Positions 40,333-50,530 of a DNA stretch of 64,000 nucleotides are shown piece after piece. The notes beneath the pieces are model-generated. The model did no database searches. It was not told the origin of the DNA and saw only the letters and a program-made list of their open reading frames with translations. Position numbers and translations under genes: made by a program. The DNA comes from Gammaproteobacteria bacterium (lineage in GTDB: Bacteria; Pseudomonadota; Gammaproteobacteria; Eutrophobiales; Eutrophobiaceae): positions 2,432,001 to 2,496,000 of the forward strand of contig OZ220696.1 of the NCBI GenBank assembly GCA_965116495.1, in the 5' to 3' direction. How positions within the stretch are numbered: position 1 is the first letter of the stretch; each line of letters begins with the position of its first letter.

Positions 40333-40518
40333 TCTATCTGTATTCATCTGCGGCGGAGCCTTTCTGAAGTCAACACCAATTTTCTAATACCCATTCGTCA
40401 TTCCTGCGAAAGTTTATCCCTGCGAAAGCAGGGACCAGAATCCAGTAAAACAACCTTTGGATTCCGGGCCAAGCCCGGAATGACGGCAGGTATATCAGCC
40501 GACTTTGAAATGTTTTCT
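40333..40518. mobile_element. CGTC-type palindromic element plus adjacent degenerate CAGAT-family arm
   Basis: cgtcattcctgcgaaag...ggattccgggccaagcccggaatgacg...ccgactttga, as at 8637-8810; atctgtattcatctgcgg near 40336. Confidence 0.7.
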
Positions 40519-40522
40519 GTCT

Positions 40523-41059
40523 TCAAAGGACCAGCTCATTGCGCAATTCGGCCAGCCTGCCGCGCAGCGATGCGTCAATAATCGAATCGCCGGCGCGGAT
40601 AACGGCGCCGCCGATCAGCGACTCGTCAACCGAAGTCCTGATGTTTACCTGCTTGCCCAGGCGTCCTGAAATTATGCCGGCAATGCTGTCCTGCTGCTGC
40701 CGGTCCAGCGGATATGCCGTCACAATCTCCACCTCCACTTTGCCCTCTGCGGCTGCCCGCATCTGTTCGTACTGATCCTTGATAGCGGCTGTGTATTGCA
40801 ACCGGCCCGCCTGAACCAGTACCTTTACCAGGTTGCGGCCGGGACCGGAAAGTCCGTCGCCACACACATCAAGGACAAGGTCCTGCAGCTGTTGGCGGCT
40901 GACTTTAGGATTGGTTATCAGTTGGCGCATATCCTTGTCGGAAGCAACCAGGCCCAGTAATCCAAGCATGGCCGACCATTCCTCTACCCGGCCCGTCTCC
41001 TGGGCCAGCTCGAACACGGCGGTGGCATACGGCCTGGCAATAGTAGAGGTTTCGAGCAT
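40523..41059 (-). CDS. atpH: F1 ATP synthase delta subunit
   Basis: ARPYA.A.F, LIGG.VIRAGD.IID.S. Confidence 0.96.
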   Translation of the reverse strand: MLETSTIARPYATAVFELAQETGRVEEWSAMLGLLGLVASDKDMRQLITNPKVSRQQLQDLVLDVCGDGLSGPGRNLVKVLVQAGRLQYTAAIKDQYEQMRAAAEGKVEVEIVTAYPLDRQQQDSIAGIISGRLGKQVNIRTSVDESLIGGAVIRAGDSIIDASLRGRLAELRNELVL

Positions 41060-41068
41060 CTGTGGAGC

Positions 41069-41539
41069 TTATAATTCTGCGCCTAAACCGGCCAACAATT
41101 CGTCATGCGCGTGTTTGTCGACTTCACGCATAAGGACCCGTTCGGCGCCGGCCAGCGCCAGCACGGCCACTTCCTGCCGCAACTGGTCCCTGGCCTGGGT
41201 GCGTTCCCGTTCAATCTCGGCATGGGCCGCCTCAATCAACCTGTCGCCTTCCACCCTGGCTGCCTGTTTCGCCTCTTCCAGTATCTCATCCCCGCGCTTT
41301 TGCGCCTGGGCAATGATTTCATTGGCGTGCTGCTTACCCTCGTCGACCAGTTCCGACAAGCGCTGGTCCGCTTCCACCAGTTTATTCTGTCCGGCTTCGG
41401 CAGCGGCCAGGCCGTCGGCTATGCGCTTCTCGCGCTCCTGCAAGGCATTGATGATCGGCGGCCAGATATATTTCATACAGAACCAGACGAAAATCAATAA
41501 CGATATCGCCTGACCTATCAGTGTCAGGTTAATATTCAT
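41069..41539 (-). CDS. atpF: F0 ATP synthase subunit b
   Basis: MNINLTLIGQ, KYIWPP, coiled coil. Confidence 0.97.
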   Translation of the reverse strand: MNINLTLIGQAISLLIFVWFCMKYIWPPIINALQEREKRIADGLAAAEAGQNKLVEADQRLSELVDEGKQHANEIIAQAQKRGDEILEEAKQAARVEGDRLIEAAHAEIERERTQARDQLRQEVAVLALAGAERVLMREVDKHAHDELLAGLGAEL

Positions 41540-41542
41540 TCG

Positions 41543-41860
<318 letters not shown>

Positions 41861-41868
41861 TTAATAAG

Positions 41869-43120
<1,252 letters not shown>

Positions 43121-43316
43121 CTCCCGTTAGAGAAGCAAGTCAATGTAAGTCTGCCCTGGGATCGGACCGTTCAGTCGTTGATTTTTTCCACGGCAAGGGG
43201 CAAAGGGTGGGATTATAAATATCTTGTCAAATTAAATCAAACGTTGCATTGCACAAAATTATTTCCATAAACCCATTCTTGATAGGCTTTTCCCGATTTA
43301 TTAGACTGAACCGACC

Positions 43317-43643
43317 ATGTCTCAAATCCTGAAGAATCTGCCCGTGGGCAGTTATGCCGTCGTTTTCCCGTCCATCAGCACCGGCGTCGATGAAGAGGGC
43401 CATGAAAAAATGCTTGCTGAGTTGTACGGCCGTGTCCAGGAAATAGAGGGTTTCCTGGGCCTGGAATCCGCCTCAGACAGTCCATTCAAACTGGCTGTTG
43501 CCTATTTTGATTCGCTTGAGTCCATAAATGCCTGGAGACAAAACAGCGAGCACATTGCTGCCAAGAACAAGGCCCGTTCCACCTGGCTGGAAGACTGGCA
43601 GATAAGAATTTGCAGAATTGAGGAAACTTACGGCAAGTCGTAA
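43317..43643 (+). CDS. Antibiotic biosynthesis monooxygenase (ABM) family protein
   Basis: YAVVF.S, GFLG.ES, SLESI.AWR...EH..A. Confidence 0.8.
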   Translation: MSQILKNLPVGSYAVVFPSISTGVDEEGHEKMLAELYGRVQEIEGFLGLESASDSPFKLAVAYFDSLESINAWRQNSEHIAAKNKARSTWLEDWQIRICRIEETYGKS

Positions 43644-43665
43644 GAGTAATAAACCAGGAGGCAGG

Positions 43666-44850
43666 TCAGGCTAAGCCTCGTTCCTTCATCAGTCGACGGT
43701 GATGCAGCAGCGGCGGCAAGAGCAACAGGTAGGCAACAAAAAATAATACAATGCCGGCCCAAAGAATTCGGGAATAATCACCTTCCAGTAACAAGGTGGC
43801 GGCACCCGCCGGACCAATAGCCAACCCCGACATCTGGGCAGCAACAGCATAGTGCACCACCCGGCCTGTTCGCTCGAAGCTCGCCATGGAGGCCAATAAA
43901 AGAGGGTGACACATATTCCAGGCTAAGCAGTAGATACATACGGCTAGCGCATACATCAACGCAGAGAACTGACCAACTAATATGAGAAGAATCATTCCCC
44001 CTCCCGGCACGCCGATAGTCAGCAGTGAAGTTCTACCCAAACGGTGCGCCGCGACCGCTACAATTAGAGCGCCAACGATGCCGGATAATTGCGACAGGAA
44101 CAGACCATTAGCCACTTCCTGTTCATTAATTCCGGCATTGAGGCCAATAAGGAATAAATAAGCCCAGGTGCCGCCAATCGCCAGGAAATAAATGAACATG
44201 GCAAACACGGCCGCAACCCGCAAACCCATACTGATATCTACGGAGTCCGCTTCAGCAGGCTGGTGCTCTTCTCCTGATTCCGGCATGTGACGCAGGCAAA
44301 ACCAACCACCCGCAGCGAAAACCGCAAAGAAAACAATAATTCCTTCAAGACCTATGGTTGCCAACGCAGCAGGCATCACCCACAGGCTGAATGCGGAGTA
44401 AATCAGAACACCAATGATCAAATATCCAAGATTTCGATCCGGAAATCTGGTCAAACCCATAACAGTGAAAGTCAGCGAGATCAGCCCCCCGGATCCCAGG
44501 CCCACGAAGAAACGTGACAGGCCGAATGTTGTCAAATCATTGGCAGTCAGAGAGGCCAGGTTGCCTCCTACAAACAGTATTAATGAAACGTTCAGAAACT
44601 TTACCCAGTTAAACCGGGGAGCCCAAAAAGCCAGGAAGACCGAGGTTGCTGCAATACCCCAGACTTCCGTTGAAGCAATAATGCCCGCCTGTTGTTCACT
44701 GAAGCCGAGAGATTCCACCATGCCCTGAACAAAACCGGGCTGCACGATAAACACTGCTGCACCGATAACCGCGAGATAAATGGTAGAGAGAATGGAACGG
44801 GTACTGTTGACATCCACTGCAAGGTGGGAATTATGGAAGACTGCGTTCAT
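43666..44850 (-). CDS. MFS transporter
   Basis: About 12 TM segments, SRFFVGLG.G; same subfamily signature (..P.R..G) as 7364-8554. Confidence 0.85.
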   Translation of the reverse strand: MNAVFHNSHLAVDVNSTRSILSTIYLAVIGAAVFIVQPGFVQGMVESLGFSEQQAGIIASTEVWGIAATSVFLAFWAPRFNWVKFLNVSLILFVGGNLASLTANDLTTFGLSRFFVGLGSGGLISLTFTVMGLTRFPDRNLGYLIIGVLIYSAFSLWVMPAALATIGLEGIIVFFAVFAAGGWFCLRHMPESGEEHQPAEADSVDISMGLRVAAVFAMFIYFLAIGGTWAYLFLIGLNAGINEQEVANGLFLSQLSGIVGALIVAVAAHRLGRTSLLTIGVPGGGMILLILVGQFSALMYALAVCIYCLAWNMCHPLLLASMASFERTGRVVHYAVAAQMSGLAIGPAGAATLLLEGDYSRILWAGIVLFFVAYLLLLPPLLHHRRLMKERGLA

Positions 44851-45538
44851 TATAATGCTTGATGCCCACCCCTGGTTTTGCTGTTTTCAGAACGGCGCTA
44901 TTTTCAACGACTACCTGACCATTCACCAGAACGTACGGAATACCGGTGGAGGGCCGGGCCGGCGTTTCAAGTGTCGCATTGTCGCGCACCGGTTCAGGGT
45001 CAAAGATGGTGATGTCGGCATCCATACCCTGTTGTATGCGGCCCTTGTAGCGCATCTGGGGAACGCCGTTTTCCTCCAGAAACCGGGCCTGGTAGAGGCT
45101 TAACTTTGCCAGCAGTTCCGGCCAGCTCATCAGGTTTTCTTCGCGGTTAAGTCTCAGTACCCTTGCATGCGCGCCGGTCGTACGCGGGTGGGCGCCATTT
45201 TCCAGGTCCAGCGCGGTGGTCACGCCATCCCTGGCCAGCATGCGCTGGTTGAGCGGGAGGTCGGGGGCATGCACATGTGTATCGATAAATCCGGGGGCCA
45301 CGATCTTCCCCCGGGCATTTATAGTGCGTTGCGCTGTTATCTTTTCACCGGTGATGGTTGCGATTTTGCCGTTCCGGATGCCGATGTTGCGCTGCGCATC
45401 CAGTCTGGTTTCCGGATCGATAACCCGGCCGTTATTGATGGCAATCTCATAGACCACGGGGGATGAAGCCTGGTTCTGCGCGGCAAAGGCGATTAAAGGA
45501 ATGCAAAGAGCCAGAGCTGCTGACTTTGTCAAGACCAT
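44831..45538 (-). pseudogene. Secreted N-acyl-D-amino-acid deacylase-like amidohydrolase with large in-frame internal deletion
   Basis: GRVIDPET, APGFIDTHVH and DGVTTALDLE joined directly to HPR.TG...RVL ... KGRI..G.DADITIFDP; central barrel missing. Confidence 0.75.
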
Positions 45539-45567
45539 TTTACTGCCGCAGAAAGAGGACGATTTCG

Positions 45568-46263
45568 TCAGGCGGCCGCCCTGAGCTCGCATCGGATCGC
45601 TTCTTCGATCTCTGCTTTTTCGCGATCATAGTCCTTTGCCAATTCAGCGACCGTCTCACCGGCTTTGTATCTTTCAGCAATAACTTCGGTGGCAAGTCCC
45701 GTTCCGGTAATAACCGGCCGTCCTGCAGATAAGGTCGGGTCAATGACTACCATGGCCGGAGCCTCATTAATATTGCTGCGTGTGAAAGGATAGAGTTTTA
45801 TGGGAATTCCTTGGCTATCTCGTTCGATACGACGTAGAGCGGCCTCGATTATGTCTCGCATTGCCAATTGCCCTGCACTGCTGATATTAACCAACTTTCC
45901 GTATTGTTCAATGAACAGGTCAAGCCCATCTGTTTGAAGCTGCTTACTAATCAGTGGATACAATTTATCGAATATATCCCGCGTGTTTTCTCGAAGATAG
46001 TCAATGGCGCGCCGAACTTTGGGCATCGGTACCGCGTGTTTACGACGGATGGCTGCGAGCACATGAAGTTCGACGAGATTGTGAAACGAATATGCTAAAG
46101 GATTAGTATCCGCCACCTTTATCAGGGCCGGGGAAAAATCTTTGCCGGCAGCCCAATATCGGACCGTCGACCTGGGTAGATTCAGGTAGTGCGCGACCTC
46201 GGCAGCGGAGTACGCCGGAAGTTCACGAAGATTGGATCGTGTGTTGTTTGCTTGCTTCACCAT
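45568..46263 (-). CDS. DUF433-domain antitoxin (VapB45-like)
   Basis: N-terminal HTH PAYS.AE.A.YL, SF.NLVE..V, IDP..SAGRPVI.GT. Confidence 0.85.
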   Translation of the reverse strand: MVKQANNTRSNLRELPAYSAAEVAHYLNLPRSTVRYWAAGKDFSPALIKVADTNPLAYSFHNLVELHVLAAIRRKHAVPMPKVRRAIDYLRENTRDIFDKLYPLISKQLQTDGLDLFIEQYGKLVNISSAGQLAMRDIIEAALRRIERDSQGIPIKLYPFTRSNINEAPAMVVIDPTLSAGRPVITGTGLATEVIAERYKAGETVAELAKDYDREKAEIEEAIRCELRAAA

Positions 46264-46563
46264 GAGGTTCTCTCGCTGGCAAAGTTTAGCATGAATTATA
46301 AGGTTACCGTTTTGAAACTATGTTGTTTTTCCAATGAATGTCGTGGACGACGTCAAGATTATTCTGATGTTCCTGGAGGGGGAATAGAAGCGGTTTTGTA
46401 ACTGCTTGTTATTGCAGAACAATGTTTTCTTTTATCTAGGTTGCCCAACGATTTCCACAACATTGATGAGTTTTATTAGGTCCTACAAGGCATGTTTCAA
46501 ACTAACGAGGTTCCAGAATCCCCGCGACAAATATGTACAAAGAGCAAGGTTACACTTCTTAAT

Positions 46564-47682
46564 TTATCCAAAAAAATCCTTTAGGTCACATGCCTTACCA
46601 AATGCTTCAATTTTCCATTCGCTTTGCGAAGCCGCTGTTTTACGTAGTCGAATCTTACCGGGGGATATATTTACATTTCTTAGCGTAGCACCAGTATTAT
46701 CTATAGTTTTTTCTACGGCTCTAACTCTCAGTTTTTTGGGTCTGCGAACAGAATTATGACTAGAAGTAGTTATATATGCGTTAGAGGTTAATGATAGTAT
46801 TCGTGACGCATCTTCCCTAGTTGGTATCTCACGACCACCTAATCGCCAGGGTGTAAGCAATGCAATCGGTTCTTTTTTTAACAGTTCTCTCCATACTCGG
46901 TCCACATGTGCATTCTTGGAGCCATGATGTGGAATCTTGAATACAGAAGCCTCACATTTCGGTTTTTCTTCTGCATCTAGTATTTGTAACCACCCAGTTT
47001 TTTCCATATCTGAGCCGAGTAGAATAGCGGTTTTATTGACAATAAATAACAAAACAACTGCCGCTTGGTTAGGTGTTAAGGTTGGAATATGTCTTTTTGT
47101 TTCTCCTACTAGTGGAATAAGCTGGCCTACTGTTTGTAGAAACAAATCGAATACTGAATCGGAAGGAGAAAGAGACCAGATCTCGCAATCATATTTATTG
47201 AAAATTCGACGGTTAGCCAAAGCATGAATAGGTTTAGTACTCTTTTCATGAAGTAAATTAAACACCTGATATAGTTCCTGCATACCGGAGCGAGTAGTTG
47301 ACATCGAGCGGTTCTCGACTGCTCCAATCATCGCTAGAAATTCTTGCTCACACAAAGCGGCTGAACAACAGAAATTTGCTTCAGAACAAGTTTCTACAAG
47401 CTTTCCCATACCACGTATATGATCATCATGCCAGTGAGTAGCAATGATGAGACGTACATCCTTCGCGGGGTCTACACCTAAACTGCGGAGGTAGGACAAT
47501 GCAACTGGTATTTTTTTCTTGTCAAGACAAGAATCGATAATTACCCAATTGCAATTCCCGATATGTAAGATTATGCATTCTCCATAACCTGGCCCGGCCA
47601 GCGTTAATTCTATCTGATCAGGTTTGGGAGGAGTTATTTCTTCAGTCAGTCTTTGATTGACTCTACTATTCCCTGTGCCCAT
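46564..47682 (-). CDS. MBL-fold metallo-hydrolase (ComEC/Rec2-like putative nuclease)
   Basis: GYGECII, IDS, THWHDDHI.G (HxHxDH), LLGSD, KIPHHGS; no TM segments. Confidence 0.85.
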   Translation of the reverse strand: MGTGNSRVNQRLTEEITPPKPDQIELTLAGPGYGECIILHIGNCNWVIIDSCLDKKKIPVALSYLRSLGVDPAKDVRLIIATHWHDDHIRGMGKLVETCSEANFCCSAALCEQEFLAMIGAVENRSMSTTRSGMQELYQVFNLLHEKSTKPIHALANRRIFNKYDCEIWSLSPSDSVFDLFLQTVGQLIPLVGETKRHIPTLTPNQAAVVLLFIVNKTAILLGSDMEKTGWLQILDAEEKPKCEASVFKIPHHGSKNAHVDRVWRELLKKEPIALLTPWRLGGREIPTREDASRILSLTSNAYITTSSHNSVRRPKKLRVRAVEKTIDNTGATLRNVNISPGKIRLRKTAASQSEWKIEAFGKACDLKDFFG

Positions 47683-48242
47683 TCTTTTCCTTCAGATATA
47701 TCCCAAGTGCTCATCAAAGGTAGATCGCGAAAGACTATTTGTGATACTCGTCGTTTATTGCCACTTGCTAAGTTCTCATAACCGATTACCCAACGAAAAA
47801 TACTTCCCGGGCAAATACGTTTGTGATCGTTTTCAGCTATTTCTTCCAAAGGAATTGTAGCTTCCTCATCTTCTTGAGTAGCTCCAGCAGTGAGATCCAC
47901 TAACCTAGCGGTAAATTCATCCCCGGTTATTTCCAGGACATAACCTTCCCATTCTTGAAGTGCATGAAATGAGTTAGATGGCTCACTCCGCAAACCTCTC
48001 GCCTTGGCAGGGAAATTAATAACAGGATTTTCTTCATAAATGGGCCACCTAGAATTCAGACCACTGTCAAAAGATTTATACATACTGTCAGTATCACGTA
48101 CTATCGGGCGCCTATGTTCCAGCACACTACCAATTCCTTCTAGATGTTTCTTATTTAATGACATGTAGGAGTAATCGTAGATGCTAGACGAATCTTGGAA
48201 TTCATTGCTAGAAAGGTCAGGCACAGTTAGGAAAAAGTACAT
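47646..48242 (-). CDS. Hypothetical protein: low-complexity N-terminus, beta-rich C-terminal domain
   Basis: AGGAG RBS 8 bp after the upstream stop; LQEWEGYV...EFTARLVDL...G.IF.W.IG. Confidence 0.75.
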   Translation of the reverse strand: MYFFLTVPDLSSNEFQDSSSIYDYSYMSLNKKHLEGIGSVLEHRRPIVRDTDSMYKSFDSGLNSRWPIYEENPVINFPAKARGLRSEPSNSFHALQEWEGYVLEITGDEFTARLVDLTAGATQEDEEATIPLEEIAENDHKRICPGSIFRWVIGYENLASGNKRRVSQIVFRDLPLMSTWDISEGKEWAQGIVESIKD

Positions 48243-48250
48243 ATCTACTC

Positions 48251-48940
48251 CTATGTCAAAGACATTACGTGATCAATAATTTTATCTGATCGCTTTAAAG
48301 ATTCATCAAAATTCAACTCTAGCAATTTTATAATTTCGCTGGAAATTGCCTGACTATCCTGGTTCTCAAATTCGTAATGGTCATTAACTTTAATTGCTAC
48401 CCCTACACGTTCTTCTTCAATTTCACTCGATGGTCCTACAGTTACATTTATTTTCCCACCGCGTGGCCTGCCCTCTGGGTCTACCTGTGTCATAGTAAGA
48501 GAAGTCATTCCGCTAGGCGCGTCACCGAGTTCAATTTCTTTTCCCCAATCTCCCCATGGTTCAATAGGAGACAATAGTCTACCGAGTTGCATTCGTTTAT
48601 CAAAGTTCCACAAACAATAATGTACATCATAGTTTATCCCTATAGCTCTGAGTGGTGTATGGGGCAGCTTTTCTCGAAAAATACGTACAGTTAAATCACA
48701 CAAACGGACATAGGGAGATTGAGTCGTACCCAGTATAAATCTATCAGGATGAACCTCTAGATTAATCCAGTCTGCATTGAAAGATGTGAGCTGTCCATGG
48801 GCAATTTCCAATCTTGCGTTTTTCGCGATACTTTCAGGAATAAGTTGATTCCAGCCAAACCACGACGGTGTGAAGATAGAAGGGTTAAAACTACCCAGCA
48901 TAACAAGCGTCACAGAGGAATATTGGGGGTCAACCCTCAT
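48251..48940 (-). CDS. Hypothetical protein (possibly TIGR04255-like)
   Basis: 229-aa ORF heading a compact operon; G.FNP.IF.P.WF, LPHTP..A.GIN and NDH motifs. Confidence 0.75.
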   Translation of the reverse strand: MRVDPQYSSVTLVMLGSFNPSIFTPSWFGWNQLIPESIAKNARLEIAHGQLTSFNADWINLEVHPDRFILGTTQSPYVRLCDLTVRIFREKLPHTPLRAIGINYDVHYCLWNFDKRMQLGRLLSPIEPWGDWGKEIELGDAPSGMTSLTMTQVDPEGRPRGGKINVTVGPSSEIEEERVGVAIKVNDHYEFENQDSQAISSEIIKLLELNFDESLKRSDKIIDHVMSLT

Positions 48941-48962
48941 TTTGCGAATATTTCTTCTTAGA

Positions 48963-49030
48963 ACACTATTTGCGGAGCATACATATCAATAAACTAAAAC
49001 AAGATGATACCACACACTATTGCGGAACAT
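48963..49030. promoter_or_regulatory. Imperfect 17-18 bp direct repeat upstream of the three-gene operon
   Basis: acactatttgcggagcat (48963-48980) and acactattgcggaacat (49014-49030). Confidence 0.5.
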
Positions 49031-49214
49031 TTGAGAGTCATCTACCAAGGATGCGATATTAGCACCCATATTTCTCTTCTTGCAAACCCCAATCAACCAC
49101 ATAGTTATGTTTATAAGGTGACTTATTCATCCATATACTATTGAAATAATGTTGGGAAGATTATATCTTAATGTTAAGAACTGAATGATATCAATAAGTT
49201 ATTTGGTATCTTCT

Positions 49215-49233
49215 ATTCCCTCTCCCAGCACCA
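49215..49233 (+). other. tRNA 3'-end remnant (att-like site)
   Basis: ATT-CCCTC-TCCCAGC-A-CCA fits T-loop end + 5-nt T stem + 7-nt acceptor strand + discriminator + CCA; sits at the edge of the AT-rich islet. Confidence 0.55.
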
Positions 49234-49357
49234 TATCCCAACTGTTCTACCTTGGCATCCTCATGAATCACCCTTCACCGGACTCTACTTTAATTGACAG
49301 AGTCGCCACGCTTTTCAACTAGGCGGAGTCCTGGTGGCTTTTTTACTGGATTCCTGG

Positions 49358-50437
49358 CTACCTTACCGGCAAGGTCAGCGCCGGCACCTGGGGGTTGGTC
49401 TGACCGGCCTGCAGGTCAAACAGTTGACGTAACAGCATGAATGTGGATTTGGATTCCAGGTCGGTATCTTCGATATAAAACCAGTTCCCCCGGTAGTGGG
49501 TGGCTATGTAGGCGTTTTCCGGCCGTTCGTCGCTGGTGTGTATCTTGAACAAGCGTCCTGCGGGGGTTTCATTCCAGTCGAATCTTCCACCATCTTCAGT
49601 CCTGGTGACCGTCACGAGTTCGTGGTGGTGACTGGACGGCGCCTCGACGTTGTGTGACAGATAATACAGCAGGCCCGAGATGGATCGGGGACGCACGGTC
49701 CACTGGGTATTGTCCATATTCAGAAAATCCGTATTCAGGGTGAATTCATCCTTGCCGCGGTCGAGTTCCAGCAATCTGTAGACCTGATCAATCTGATGTT
49801 TGTAGACATTATTATCTCTGACAAGCTTGATAACGATACTTCCCTCTTCGTTTGTGCCGATTTCAATGAGCTGGTTTTTCTGTAACGCGTGCAGTGCGTC
49901 CATCAGGTCACCGAATTCTTCATGGTCCGGCTCCTGTGCAGGTGTCGGTCCTGACGCATTGGGCGCGTTGTAAAGATTATTCATCCTTTCAAAACACAAT
50001 CCGAACACCCGGCTGATATTCCAGCCCGATTGCGTCAGTACCAGGATGGCCTCCAGTTGCAGGGGGCTGAGGATACTCTTGAGCAGGTCTTCGCCCCGCA
50101 GCGGCGTGTAACTGATGGTCGGTTTGTCGGTATAGGCAACCCCCACGCCGGGGCTCAGGGTATCGCCGCTGCCGAGGTTTACATCAGAGTTCAGCCCTGC
50201 GTTTGCGCCCAGGGACAGACTGGCCGTTACGCTGCCTATTTCCAGGAAAAAAGTCACATCACGGTAGCGCATGCGCACCAGGTTCTGCAGCATCTGCTCG
50301 TTGATCGAGGCGATGATGGCCTCGTTATAGGCGGGGTGGGTACGTGCGAGAGCCTGCGGGCCGAATGCCGACTGGCAGCCGGACAGCATCGCAACCAATG
50401 TCAGTAAAAGGAAAGTGTATGTGATTTGATAGCGCAT
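49358..50437 (-). CDS. Hypothetical lipoprotein
   Basis: Signal peptide with LSGC lipobox; LQNLVR.RY and PTISYTPL.G motifs. Confidence 0.75.
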   Translation of the reverse strand: MRYQITYTFLLLTLVAMLSGCQSAFGPQALARTHPAYNEAIIASINEQMLQNLVRMRYRDVTFFLEIGSVTASLSLGANAGLNSDVNLGSGDTLSPGVGVAYTDKPTISYTPLRGEDLLKSILSPLQLEAILVLTQSGWNISRVFGLCFERMNNLYNAPNASGPTPAQEPDHEEFGDLMDALHALQKNQLIEIGTNEEGSIVIKLVRDNNVYKHQIDQVYRLLELDRGKDEFTLNTDFLNMDNTQWTVRPRSISGLLYYLSHNVEAPSSHHHELVTVTRTEDGGRFDWNETPAGRLFKIHTSDERPENAYIATHYRGNWFYIEDTDLESKSTFMLLRQLFDLQAGQTNPQVPALTLPVR

Positions 50438-50530
50438 AAACATAAGAGCGGGCATTTTACCGGATAGTGATTGAGACGTGAAGGTGATCCTGGTTCCCAG
50501 TTGCCGACAAGACAAGGTATAATCAATTCA

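Noticed and set aside
46564-47682. ComEC competence protein
   Set aside because: No transmembrane competence domain; only the soluble MBL fold is present
49200-49240. Complete tRNA gene
   Set aside because: Only the last 19 nt fit; no 5' acceptor strand, D arm or anticodon arm upstream
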